Shown here piece by piece: positions 25,672-38,200 of a DNA stretch of 64,000 bases (its first letter is position 1; the number at the start of each line of letters is the position of its first letter). Below the pieces are notes generated by a model that was not told the origin of the DNA, made no database searches, and was given only the letters and a program-made list of their open reading frames with translations. The translations under genes and the position numbers were made by a program. The DNA is taken from NCBI RefSeq assembly GCF_018977255.1, contig NW_024704743.1:85438001-85502000 (forward strand), given 5' to 3'. Origin of the DNA: Callorhinchus milii (taxonomy: Eukaryota).

Positions 25672-26300
25672 AACAACAACAAGATTACATTTGTATGGCG
25701 CCTTTCACGTCGGGAGGACTTCCCAAGGCGCTGATCAGTGTACAGCATTTCAGATCCGAGCTGGGGTCAGGGAGGGGAAGGAGGGTGACCAATGGCATGG
25801 TCGAAGAGGAGGGTTTTGAAGCGGGACTTGAAGGAGGCTAAGGAGGGAGCGAGGTGGAGCGATTGGGGGATGGTGGGGCGGGTGGGTCGTGGGATATGGA
25901 GCAGGTTGGAGCTGGCTGAGCGGAAGGAGCGGGGGGGTTGGTAGGAGTTTAGGAGGTTAAAGAGGTAGGGTGGGGCGAGGCCTTGGAGGGCTTTGTAGGT
26001 GAGGACCAGGATCTTGAACTGGATTCTCTAAAGGATAGAGAGCCAATGGAATCGGGCGAGAATGGGAGAGATGGGGTCACGGAGTTTGGTGCGAGAAAAG
26101 ACTTTATGTATATATAAGCATTTGCATAGTCGAGCGTGGAGGTGATGAAGGTATGAACAAGAGTTTCAGCGCCCTGAGGGGTGAGATAGTGGCGGAGTCG
26201 GGCAATGTTTCGGAGGTGAGGGAAGGCAGAGCGGGTCATGGCTTCGATGTGGGAAAGGAAAAACAGTTGAGGGTCGAACAAGACTCCTAGGTTCCTAACA
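25672..26300 (-). mobile_element. L2-type LINE 3' fragment
   Basis: FDPQLFFLSHIEAMTRSAFPHLRNIARLRHYLT...ETLVHTFITSTLDYAN; (CAA)n tail at 25672. Confidence 0.9.
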
Positions 26301-26461
26301 TTATGCGGATATGTATAATATATATCAGTATATAAATACAGATCAATTTACATTTATATATCACCTTTTATTTTGGGATGGTGTCACAAAGCATTTTTAA
26401 GAGTTGTTGAGATACTATCCAGCACTTTGGGACATCCTTCTGACTTGAAATGCGCTATACA

Positions 26462-26710
26462 AATGCCCCCACACTCTGGAACTCCATCCCACAATCCCTT
26501 TGCCTTGCTTCCTCCCTTGCCTCTTTCAAGGCCAATCTCAAGACCCTAGTCTTCGATCGTGCCTTCATTCGCCCTACCACCTCTCTGCCTTCCCTCACCC
26601 CTACCCCAGCCCTCCCCCATGCTCGGGTCCTGACCCCTGACTGTCCAGCGCTTTGGGATGTCCTCCTGACGTAAAAGGCACTCTGTAAATGTCATTTTGT
26701 TATTATTGTG
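26462..26710 (+). mobile_element. L2 3' end fragment
   Basis: APTLWNSIPQSL...SFKANLKTLVF and the L2 tail. Confidence 0.85.
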
Positions 26711-27266
26711 GATGTTGGACATTTTTCATTTGTTGTCATGAATTACCAGAATTTCATTGTTCTTAAATGTACTCGGTTTAAAATTAAAAATCTTTTCTCC
26801 AAGTATATACCTGTTTTCTGAATGGCAACAGAATATTCATGTAGGACGTTACAATTTAGCTGAGTGCTATCCTCGCCCAACATCCACAGTGTGCCCCCTA
26901 AACAGAGGATCCCAACTACTGTCCAGCTAAGAGTATAACGGAACAGAAAATAAATCTGTCTTTTAGTCCAAGTTGATCTGGGGCTTCACAAGTTGGGGCC
27001 TTAACCATTCAATCGATCTTCTGCTTTTAATAGGAAAAAAAATGAAGGAAATATTGGGCCATTCATGCTTTTGTATTACATTTAAAATCCTCTGAGAAGA
27101 TGCAACAACTTGCATTTATATAACGCCCCTCACACAGGGCAGCATCCCAGAGCGCCAGAGATACTGCAGCAAAATGTCTGCTCTTGATTCATGCATTGTA
27201 AACTCTGTCTGCATTATGTATAGTGATACATTTCTTTTCTAATTCTGCGTTTATTTTCTTTTACAG

Positions 27267-27318
27267 TTGAAAATGGTGAACACTGTGACTTCACAATCCT
27301 ACGGAACATGTTGATCAG
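27267..27318 (+). CDS. SEPT7: Septin 7 coding exon (septin unique element)
   Basis: ttttacag|TT ... AG|gtaaga, 52 nt. Encodes VENGEHCDFTILRNMLIR. Confidence 0.96.
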
Positions 27319-28851
27319 GTAAGAAGAACACTTCTACCTAATAGGTATTTGCTTACAAAATAGTTACTACACCTTATGTTGTATCCTGTGAAGCTCTTTG
27401 AGAAGTCCTCCTGATGTGAAAAGGTGCTGTATAACCCATGGTAAAAAATTGTATTTGGAACCATTTGTGAGTGATGTTCAGTTTGTGCTGTATTTGTATG
27501 TCAATTGTACATTGCCAAAAATCTGAACATAAATCTTTCATCACTGTCAGATGAAATATTGCTCTGGGGTGAATAATGCATTTCTGTATTGCACTCAATG
27601 CTTGATGAATGTACAAAAACAACTTGCATTTATATTTCATGCAGAGTGGCGTCTCAAAGTGCGGAATACTTGCAGCCCTCTAATTTTGCTTCATTTATAT
27701 TTTCAAATCCAAATGGGTGTAAACTTAAATCCTTTTCTATGGTGAGGGAGAGGCAAAGAGGGAGTTGGAGGAAGGATGAAGTCATGACAGAAAGATGTAT
27801 GGGTGGCTTAGCGAGTAAGTATGATTGAGATAGTTATAAGTTGATGACACTTAGTACAAATATAAAAATTGGTATTTGTACATTGCAAAACCAGCAATTT
27901 TGAATGGCCACCCTTATTAAACCAAGCTTCAGTCATCTATATTGCAGCAACTTCACCATATTATTATATGGGATATCCCAATCATCCTGTGGTGAAATCT
28001 GAGTGTGTCACTTAACCTGCGTGTGGATTTATTTGAGGCAAAGTATGAACCATTAGAAGAATTAAAATGCCAGACCTACAGCCTAACAGGGGGAAGCTTG
28101 CCATTTGCTTTCTTTAACAAACCAAAATGACTAGTACTTCAACTATTTCATGGGGCACCACAACACTTTCTTGTCACGGCACAAGATTGTTTTTACTTCC
28201 GGCACCATTGCAAGGTGCTTTCTTTACTATTCACATCTGAGTAGTTTTTATATTTTTATATACACTCAAGAAATTGCTTTGGTTAGCAGTTACTGGCACC
28301 CATCTTAACCCTTTGCCATGTTGGAGGTTCCAATTTCAATTCAAAGAAACTCACAGTATTGGTGAGGCAGTTCTGGAATGTGCAATGTCTTCCCCGAGGT
28401 ACACATTGTGATTGCTTGTACTTGGTTATTGCAGGAGCAGATTGTCAGAAGCCAAGTAAGAACCTCAATGTACATTTGGGTACTGTTAGAATTTATAACC
28501 AGGAGTTAAAAGTGTACTCTTAATTGCTTGCCAATTTGGGCTACCCTGTCTGTTAACAATGTTGAATTGCAAAATTATCAGGAGGAGCCAAGTGGGAAAA
28601 ATCCTGAGCTCTAGTGATGTACCTACATCACTGCCATTGAGCACTGGTTTTCTTGGGCTTTGAGGAGTGTGAGATGCATGGGAGCAGCATCTTGAAGTTG
28701 TAAAGACTATATGATGTGACCTGAAAATGCTTGATACTGTTGGCTACAAAATAAAAATGTTATAAAATGTATTTCAAATCAGATATACCAATGTTCTGAG
28801 AAACCATGAACTGTGGCTAATAATGTAAGATACGTGTTTTCTGCCTCACAG

Positions 28852-28977
28852 AACTCACATGCAGGATCTGAAGGATGTGACCAATAATGTCCATTACGAG
28901 AACTACAGGAGCCGAAAACTGGCAGCTGTCACCTACAATGGAGTTGATAACAATAAAAACAAAGGACAATTGACCAA
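28852..28977 (+). CDS. SEPT7: Septin 7 coding exon
   Basis: cctcacag|A ... AA|gtaaga, 126 nt. Encodes [42 protein letters not shown]. Confidence 0.97.
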
Positions 28978-30231
28978 GTAAGAGTTTTCTTTTGTGCTTT
29001 CTTCTTTTTGGACAGATCTTGTATGATCATACATCAGCTAACCGTGTGATTGTGCCTTTGCACAAAATGTCAAGTATTTATCAAAGGTGATCTGTATGTA
29101 TCAGTGAAATGAACAACAGTATTTTTTAAAAAAGCGTACCAATAGTCCTTCAATTTACTGCAAAACCTAGTATGTTTGAAATGCTATGCTTTTCATTTCA
29201 CTACTAGTAGTACAAATGATGATTTCAAATTGATATTAGCACCTTCCTCGCTGATGCTCCTTGATACAGTATGGAAACAGGTGCCATCAGGTTATAAAAC
29301 ATGGACACAATGAAATAAAACTAAAATTGGGTAACATTCCTAATCAATACATTACCTCTTACATTACCCAACTGCACCGTAAGAAGCTATCCCACAACTG
29401 GTTTATTTGTGCTTTTGTGTATTATTTTACTGGTTGTATTTTGTTCAGACAAAAGGGAAGGATGACTTAGATCCATATATTCAATTGCTGCTGTTAATTT
29501 GCTGTCTATTAGATCATGAAATGTTCTTGCAAGCCCATTAGATCTGGCTCTTCTGTTGCAGGTGGAACTCAACGTACTCGATCAATCTAGGGTTAGAATT
29601 GGGATTTGGTCAAACTCTCAGCCACGGTTGTAAAGAACCCACCTTAGTTTGTTTCGATGCTGGTGTTACTTGCCAGTTAATTACCAGTTTCTCCCTTTAG
29701 TGTTCCTTGTTCCCCAGCCAAGCTGGGGTAGGTACAGCTAGGTCACTGCCCTCTGTGAGTAGCCATATTACTATCGATAAGGTCAGCGTTCAGTTGTCCT
29801 CTCCTTATTGGCACTGCCTGTCCTTCACTTTGCAGCTCCGAGTTCAAATTGGAAACTCTCCCAAGTGGAGCATCATAGTACTTGGCCTATATTGCATGAC
29901 TGGCAAACACTAGCCTTCTCTGTCAAGCTGCACATATGCATGGCCTGTTTTCGTTTTTGCATTGTTTCACAAATCAAATACCTGGGATTGCTGGTTTGTT
30001 GTTTTGGGATGCATTAGCTCTTGTGGGTTGATTGCTGCTACCTGAGATTTGTTGTTTCAAGACCATACTTTGAATTGTGTTTTGTTTAGGTGGGGTAAAG
30101 GAAGTACACAATTTAAAAAACATGGAGTATGGAGACAGTATTTCTAAAGTTACATAACTTGTAAGAACTTCCAAATGGTAACTTAATATAAACAAATGAG
30201 TGTTCTTGGAATTCTGTTATGTTTTTAAGAT

Positions 30232-30408
30232 TTAGTCACCAAAAAAATTGTCGCTCAATCCATGACTGCTTGTGGGACACTGCTGTGCGCAATTGGCTGC
30301 TGCATTTCTCCCACAAAATACACAGTCAATCCACTTTGCAATATATTCTGTGAAGGGCTTTGAAATTTGATAAGGCCCTATTAATCAAATGCAAGGATTA
30401 TTATTATT
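30232..30408 (+). mobile_element. DeuSINE 3' half
   Basis: tgtgggacactgctgtgcgcaattggctgc core and aaatgcaaggattattatt tail. Confidence 0.85.
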
Positions 30409-31211
30409 AAGGTTTGTAGTAATTTTGTGGATCCCAAATGGATGTCAGTAGTGCAGTAACCAAGAGATACTGTCTTTTTAAAGTTGAAATTTTTTTTAAG
30501 TAAAGATTGATACATTATCAAATTCTTTGTAATGCAATTTGGAGTACCAATTTATTTTGAGATAAAATACACAAACCTTGTCAGAATGTCTGTGATGTGT
30601 AAGATACCAATATCCTTTTGTTGCTAAACATTACTGATTGTTGGAATAGGTATTTTCATAATCACACAACCAAATTGTACTTTAGATTGGAATGCAGAGG
30701 ATAGATAGAATATTTTATTTTAACCTGTCAGACTTCCGTCAATATTTATCTCCCCCCACCCCCCTGAAGAATCTGTAGCCTGTTTGTAATATCTTCAGAT
30801 CCATTTATCCATCATTCTGCTTTCCCTGTTTTATTGTAGTGAAACATTGCTGTCAGTAAATCTTATTACATGTGATGGAAGCATTTTCCATAGTAAAATT
30901 AAAGGTATAGAGGATTTTTACAATTTGGAATGCAGTAGCTAGTTGTTTGCTAAGTAAGATCCCAGGCTGTGTGAATTATTTCTTAGCAGTGTGGTACAGG
31001 ATGGATTACCTACCTTTCAGGCAGGTACCTTGCATATCACAGGGGGAATCTGAGAATGTTTGAACTGAAAAAATTAAATTATGTATTTGCTCCATTGAAT
31101 AAAATTGCCTGTAAAGATTTTTTAAATTTCATCTTTAAAACGTCTCCATGTAATTTAATGCATGGTTGTGTTCTCATCCTAAGTGTCTGTGTATCTTTGT
31201 TTTTCTTTTAG

Positions 31212-31232
31212 ATATGACACGGTTGAAGGCAT
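31212..31232 (+). CDS. SEPT7: Candidate 21-nt alternative microexon of SEPT7 (adds YDTVEGI)
   Basis: Long pyrimidine tract ctttgtttttcttttag, then ATATGACACGGTTGAAGGCAT, then a consensus gtaagt donor. 21 nt, phase 2-2, no stop; gives LTK-YDTVEGI-SPL. Confidence 0.75.
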
Positions 31233-32692
31233 GTAAGTGGTTGTTTAAATTATTTGAAAAACTTTCCAGAATTTTTGTTTGCATCAACCTGAAAGACCCG
31301 AAAGCATTACTTTCTGGGATCGGGTGGTATTTTATTTGGCACCATCAATACAAGATGGTACCAATGCAGCAATCCATTTGTTCCAAAAATATTTTTTATT
31401 ATAACCAATGACAAAAAATAAATTGTAGCTAAATTATAAAATTGAAGACTTGACCCAAGTTCCAAACTACTTAAGTATTATTTTTGTTTAACTCAGCAGT
31501 TTGCATAGAAAGTTATTATGCACACCTAACCAAATTGAAAAAATCTAATTTCTGAGTCCAGCAATGCATTTGTTGCAAGTAAATTATTTTTGGAACAATT
31601 CGAAGTTCTGCCAGTTAAATACTTCTTCTACGAATATTTTCTCTGAAGGAACATTCATGTTACACAAGGGTTGGGTGGAAGGATTAATAGATTCCATCCA
31701 CTGGGTGCTTGTGTGTAAGCTCTCAAATACTTTGCTTTCCTCTTATTCACAGCTCAGCAAGCCCTTTTAGGATCGTGGTCAAACCTGTAACCTGTTTCTG
31801 ACAGTACACTGTACTGCACTTTCTTCTGAATTTCTTTTCCCCTCTCTTTCTATTCCCTTTTATTCAAAGGAGGCAGTGGGATACAAACGGTGGTGGTGAT
31901 ACTGCTGTAACCAATGCATCTGAAATTAAGCCATTTTATAACTGCAACCATGTGATGGGGATCTAGGAGAAATGGAACCACAAGAATTAGTCAAAGGAAA
32001 TCAGGTTGACATCCCTGTGATCAATATGTGATAAAACTAACGAGAACAATTTCTTTCATTCACCACTGTTGCCCATGGAGTGCTACTCCTGATAGGGAAG
32101 TCTTTGTCAGGACCGCTGGGCCCTTTCTTCAGGATTCTGGTGGCTGGTTCTCTATTGCCTTTTCTCTTTCTCTTCCTCCCTTCTCCCAAGTGTCTTGACA
32201 CATGGCATTAATAGGAATGATGTGATTATAATATTTACAAGTAATAACCATAATTTTTTTTTTAAAAAAATCATTTACACTCCACACCATTGTTATTCTT
32301 TGAACCACAAATATAGTCAATTCACTTTACCGTATATTCTGTGAAGCGTTTTGAGATGATGTGATAAGGTGCTTTATCAGATGCAAGGATTAATATTATA
32401 TTTTTCTGTGGTGACCCAACTGGTGAAGTTATTGGATTATTACAATTTAACCCTCCCTCCCCTTCCCCCCTGGGAACCATATATCTGCATAATTGACAGA
32501 GGTGGAGGGACCATCTAGGAGAAATCATTTCGTGCAAATGAAGCAACAAAGGCACAATGAAGCAACAAAATAAAAACATTTCCTCTAATTGTTTCAAACA
32601 ACAAATCGCATCAATCCTATTTGCCTATTTATTGTGTGTTGCTGTCCGCTGCCCATCTAACCGTTTGGTTTAATCCCTTTGACTGACTGCAG

Positions 32693-32828
32693 AAGTCCTC
32701 TGGCCCAGATGGAGGAAGAACGAAGAGAGCATGTGGCAAAGATGAAGAAGATGGAGATGGAAATGGAACAAGTCTTTGAGATGAAAGTCAAGGAGAAGGT
32801 TCAGAAACTGAAGGATTCTGAAGCTGAG
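32693..32828 (+). CDS. SEPT7: Septin 7 coding exon (coiled coil)
   Basis: gactgcag|A ... GAG|gtaatt, 136 nt. Encodes [45 protein letters not shown]. Confidence 0.97.
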
Positions 32829-33089
32829 GTAATTTTTTCAATAATGTAAAAATATGCATTTTAGCCTTTTGAAGGTTGACTCAACTTCCAAATGTTTTCT
32901 AACATTTGAATACATAATTAGAATTGCAAGTGTTTATATATACTTCGCTCCTATGTTTGATCTTGGCATCTTAGCTAAATTGCCTAACATTGGGCTGGAA
33001 AAAATAGTGACCTCTGTTTTAGTGCAGAAAATTTGGTACAAATCTTAAGAGAATTAAGACTTGGTCAAAGTCACAAACTGCATTGTCTC

Positions 33090-33572
33090 TTGTTTCTGAT
33101 CAAGGCATCTTCTCCTCAATCTCTCTACCACTTTTTGATACTGTTGACCATTCCGTCCTTCTGCAGGATCACTCCTTCCTATTACAACTCTGTGGCTCTA
33201 TATTTCCTGGTTTCATTCCTGCTTGTCCCTGTGTCTTTACAGGGTCTCCTATAGTTTCTTCTGTCTTTGCATGGTCATGTGTAGTGTTCCTCAGGCTGAT
33301 TCCTCAAACCCTGAGACTGTATGTTTTGATTAATTTCTACGCCTCCTCAACTCAGGGACTGACCTCATCAACCTCCCAGGTTGCTTTTTCCATCTTGCTG
33401 AATCTGTTGTTTCGAACTCTCAACTCTCTTTTAAGCTTTCCTCTGTCTCCACCACTGATGAAACCCTTATTCATGTATTTGTCACCTTCTCTAAATCCTG
33501 CTTCTGTCCTCTCCATTTCTACCTTATACTGGCTTCAAATCATCCAGAACTCTGCAGCCCATATTCTCTCCT
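33090..33572 (+). mobile_element. Highly decayed L2 RT remnant
   Basis: LFDTVDHSVLLQ and LQIIQNSAAHILS motifs. Confidence 0.65.
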
Positions 33573-34541
33573 GATATACTAATGTAGCAAAAGACACCAA
33601 TTATATATTTTATATATATATATATGATCAAATTGTTTACAGTAGCAATATGTGCAAATTCTTGTCTATATTGTTAGGTAAGCATTTTACAGTACTTAAT
33701 TTGAAGAATGGAATGTATTAACTGATTCTAATAAGGCTGCCCTGAGCAAAATATGCATTGTATTCATTTTGTAGTGTATCAGTAAATATAATCTTATTTT
33801 TTATTTTGATAATTCTGTTTTGCAATGATCACACACCGGTTATTTCATGATTATCAAGATTTTTGCTATTTTGTTGACTTCACTGAAACCTATACATTGA
33901 CCAATGAACTTAATTCATGTACTTCAATGCAATTATGAGAGGTTTGTATCATATTGATGGTTTACTGATGTCTGCTCAGTGTTGTTTATTCTTACGTCTG
34001 CACCAGTGGATGAGAACCACAGATTTTGCTGAGTTCACTTAAAAAAAGAAATCTGTGCTTCTCATCGGTGCAAAGCGGTAGGAATAAACAACATGAGCAG
34101 TGTCGGGTAAGTAAAACTTCAATCCATTGAAGTCAACTGACATAAATAAATCAGTGATTTATTTTAAAGAATTCATTAGTAATGGCCACAGCATGGCCCT
34201 TTGTTAGACCAGGTGCCTCTGTGCAGCATCTGAGTATGCACCATCCAACCGACGCCAAGCACCCACACCAGTCACTGGATAGAATTTTGCAGTCTTCCAT
34301 TCGCTCCATCTTGTGTCTACCTTTTGTTCACAAACATGCTTTTGTGATCCCAGTAATGCTTCTCTATAGATCCTCAGATGAAATGTGTTGTTTCTTTAAT
34401 GTTGCATAGTCTTAAAATAGCTCTGTATAATAATCTGAAGATTTGGTGCGTGCAAATCTTCTGGCCGAATTAAATCTACTACTTTTGTTGTACCAGAAAA
34501 AGGAAATTGAGCCTAGTTTGACAATTGGTTGTGCTTTCCAG

Positions 34542-34687
34542 CTCCAGCGACGCCATGAACAAATGAAGAAGAACTTGGAGGCACAGCATAAAGAACTGGA
34601 GGAAAAACGTCGCCAATTTGAAGATGAGAAGCAAAACTGGGAGGCTCAGCAGCGCATTCTGGAACAACAAAAACTGGATTCTACCAG
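34542..34687 (+). CDS. SEPT7: Septin 7 coding exon (coiled coil)
   Basis: gctttccag|CTC ... AG|gtaatg, 146 nt. Encodes [49 protein letters not shown]. Confidence 0.96.
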
Positions 34688-35583
34688 GTAATGCTCCACA
34701 TCTTCTTTCATCCAAAAATGAATGTTTTATTGCAGATTAAATCTTGCAGATGTATTCTGTGGGAATGTGTTTAAGTCCATCTCCCTCACAATTTTGGATA
34801 CTATTGGCTGTACTGCCCAGATGGCCTCTTTTTGTGGTCTGTTTACATATGTGAGCAGTTTTACAGACAGTGCAATTATGGATTAAATTGGATTTTTGTG
34901 TTCATTTAAACACTGAAAATTGCCTGATTCATAAATCTGAAATTTTTATCAATAAACTGTCGGATAATCTGACTCGTTTCTGCCCCAAGTCTCAACTAAG
35001 TTGGATCACGGGAAGATTGGATGAAGATAGCCCTTCGGCCCATTTTGTTCTCATCCTTCCAAAATATCAACTCTTCCATTACAGCATGGAGCTTTTTTTG
35101 TGATGAGTCCAATGTTCTGACCTCTGCCACCCTTCCGGATAACCCATTCCGTTCAACTGCACCGCGTAAAGAAGTATTTCCTGTTGTCTGTCTGAAAAGT
35201 TTTTCTTCAAAATCCTGAAATTGTACCATCTTTCTCTGATTTAAGTGCTCTCATTATTCAGTTTGGGGGTTTAATCATTGTAAATTCCATTGAAATGCAA
35301 CAGACTGGCAATTGGCCTGAATAGTGATATTCTCTGAGCAGTGAAAGTTTATGAGGTTGAAGAGCCCCAGCTTATTTAGCCATTCCTCAATAGTTCCTTC
35401 TTTGCTGTGCATTTTTCTACACTGCGTCAAGTGCACAGTGACCAGAACTGTTCACAGTACTGTAGGTGCAACCTGACCAGAGGATAGTAGTTCTTGTGCA
35501 GCACGCTAGGAATCCCGAAATCAATTGGAAAATCTGCTCTAGTATTTGTGATTGTTATGTCTGACCAATACATTAAATCAAAC

Positions 35584-35899
35584 ATAATAATAATAATAAT
35601 CCTTGCATTTGATATAGCGCTTTTCACGTCGGGAGGACGTCCCAAAGCGCTTCACAGAACACAATGTAAAGTGAATTGACTGTATATTTGTGGCGAACGC
35701 GGCAGCCAATTGCGCACAGCAATGTCCCACAAACAGTCGTGGATTGAAAATGACCAATTTATTATTGTTTTTGGTTTTGGAGGGATTATTATTAGGCGTG
35801 TGGAGTAAGGAAACTTGTCCAAGGTTTCGCCCTGCCTGGAATTGAACTCAGGTCTCTAGCTTGCAAAGCGAGTGCTCAACCACTGAGCTACAGGACTCC
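35584..35899 (-). mobile_element. Full-length young DeuSINE
   Basis: Nearly identical to 5615-5937 and 50575-50889. Confidence 0.93.
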
Positions 35900-36429
35900 A
35901 CAGATATGATAATGCATCCTTTACTGGCCAAATCAGAGGTAGACTGTTGGATTTGTGCGTGAGAAATAACTTCTGATGCAGCAATGAAGTTCCAAGTTCC
36001 TATCTGCAGTGTAGCAAAGAATCAAGTGATTATTAACTCTTTTTCTCTCCTCTTTTGGAGACTGGAATATAGATTCAAAGACAGTACCTTCTGTTATCTC
36101 TAGTTGTAACTATTTTTCATGTGTGAGCGCAGACATTAAATGTTAGACAGAGGACATCTCCGGAGTGATCGAGCCCTTGTCCAATATTCACAGGTCTGTC
36201 GGAAAACACTGAAACAAATGAGCAAGAACTTTAGGGAACTTCCCCATTCTGGCGAAAATCAGCTAACTCTAAGAATCAGGACTTGGAAATCCCAGAGTTG
36301 CATTTATCACAGATCCATCAGGAGAGCTTCAAAAATCCATTTAATGCGTTTTAATCATAACATTCAAACAGTTAACTTTTCTGATGTCAAACCGTTCTGA
36401 AATACGAATCTTGTGTTTTTTTTCTAAAG

Positions 36430-36469
36430 GACCTTGGAAAAGAACAAGAAGAAAGGGAAGATCTTTTAA
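36430..36469 (+). CDS. SEPT7: Septin 7 last coding exon
   Basis: ttttttctaaag|G ACC TTG ... ATC TTT TAA. Encodes the characteristic SEPT7 C-terminus TLEKNKKKGKIF*. Confidence 0.96.
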
Positions 36470-37505
36470 AGTGTTTAAAAACCACCAAATAATGATGTAC
36501 TTCTTGCCAATATGCCAGCTCTGGACATAATTTTTTTTGAAAGGATTCAACCAACTTTGCACCTATTATCTCTATAATGTTAATGTATTAGCATGTGAAA
36601 TGGCCAACTTAATACTATGTTTGTACATTAATTTCCATTTGTAATCTCTGGTATAGGAAGCTAGAAATGTCTTGCATTGTCTAGGGTGTATTGTTATGTA
36701 GAGATAAAAAGCATCTGAAATTTTTTAAATTGATGCCCCACTTTTTATGCCGATAAATGTTACCCTTCATACAATCATGTTCTGGTGTTTGATTGTTTAC
36801 AGAATATTGTCTGATCTTCCATTGATATGGGGACTTCGAAAGATGTTTATAAGAAACGCCGCTATACATTGTTGAAACTTTGCTCCGCTTTTTCAAAAAT
36901 AACACACAAACCTCATGCAATTTGGCTATAACGCAGTCTTGTCTAACACAGTTTGGCTCTGGGACAACACAGGTTATTCTTTCACCTTTCAATGTTTTCT
37001 GTCCCCAAAACAAAGAAATATTTAAACTCAATAGGCTCGTGAGGAAAGTCCGACATTTACATAATGTGTTGTCTTGAATTCATCTCGCAATATGGTATCT
37101 TCATTAAGTAATTAAAATCTCTAGCTACACATTTATCCTTTTGTAACTGCTTCATTTATTGTAACATTTAATTTAGATATTTCATCATACATTGCCTAGC
37201 AAAAAGCTGAAAAAATGAAAAAAAGCAAAGCTTTTGTATGTTAGGAAATAATGGAGGTTAACAACCTTTTTCTCTCTTGCATTTTATTGTAGCTTGACTA
37301 TAGTACTGCGTTACATTAAGCCCTGGAGACATTTATGCACCTCTCTCCAGCTACATGCAGTCAAGCTTATATCTCCTTACTAGAAATGGGAATTGTGGCT
37401 CTGGAAAAAAGTCACATTTAGCTGTATACATGTTACCCATCTCTGTATTTTTGTTTGTATTGTACAGAGTCACATAATAAACAATGTTGTGATGATGTAA
37501 ATGTT
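36470..37505 (+). other. SEPT7: SEPT7 3' UTR (approximate end)
   Basis: AU-rich, repeat-free ~1 kb after the stop, with AATAAA at 37476-37481 followed by GT-rich sequence. Confidence 0.7.
37476..37481 (+). terminator. Putative SEPT7 polyadenylation signal
   Basis: AATAAA preceded by TGTA elements and followed by tgttgtgatgatgt. Confidence 0.65.
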
Positions 37506-37624
37506 ATCTGGTACAATGTGCCCTTTTCTTGACCAGTGTGAGAACTACTGGTATATTTGTGGAGGTATAAATCAGGATTGCAGTTGCCTTCAAGGCCTCA
37601 TTTTTCTACAGTAATTTGCACTTA

Positions 37625-38200
37625 TAAACCTTTTCACATTGGGTGAAAACATCTCAAAGCACTTCACATAGATGATTGGGAGTGTGGGGAAGGGGAGAAG
37701 AGAGGGTATTTTGAGGGCTTTGACCAAAGGTGTAATCAGAGATACTTTTAAGATTTCTTTGAATACTGGGAGAAAAGGTCCCGATAAAGGGATTGTTTTG
37801 AGACTTCCAGAGAGTAAGGACATTGTGTGAAGGTTTGGCCATCAATGGTGGGAGGAAGAGGTTGAGGAACAAGCAGTAACTGGAGACAAAAACAAAGGGC
37901 ATAGGTGGGACAATATGGTTAGAAGAGATAGCAAAAATGGGGATGGGCAAGACGGTGAGAGGATGAAGGAATTTCATGATGAAGATCTACTGGGGAAAAC
38001 GTTGAGCTTGGAAAGGATGTGGGTATTGTGTGGAGCCTGGTGCAAAAGTAAATATAGGTTCTGGGTTTTTTTGTATGAACTGGAGCTTATGGAGGGTGGA
38101 GCCAAAGAAGCTGGCAGTGAGAGCATTGGAGAAATCTTGTCTCAGATTAACTAAAGCAGGCATTGGATGAAGGTTTAAGATGTTAAATTGAGATTGCTAT
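37625..38200 (-). mobile_element. Decayed L2 remnant
   Basis: Purine-rich plus strand; minus strand TLWKSQNNP, FKEILKVSLI and an L2-like tail at 37625-37670. Confidence 0.55.

Noticed and set aside
33083..33574. 163-aa plus-strand ORF in a SEPT7 intron
   Set aside because: Decayed L2 RT remnant with no splice context linking it to SEPT7.
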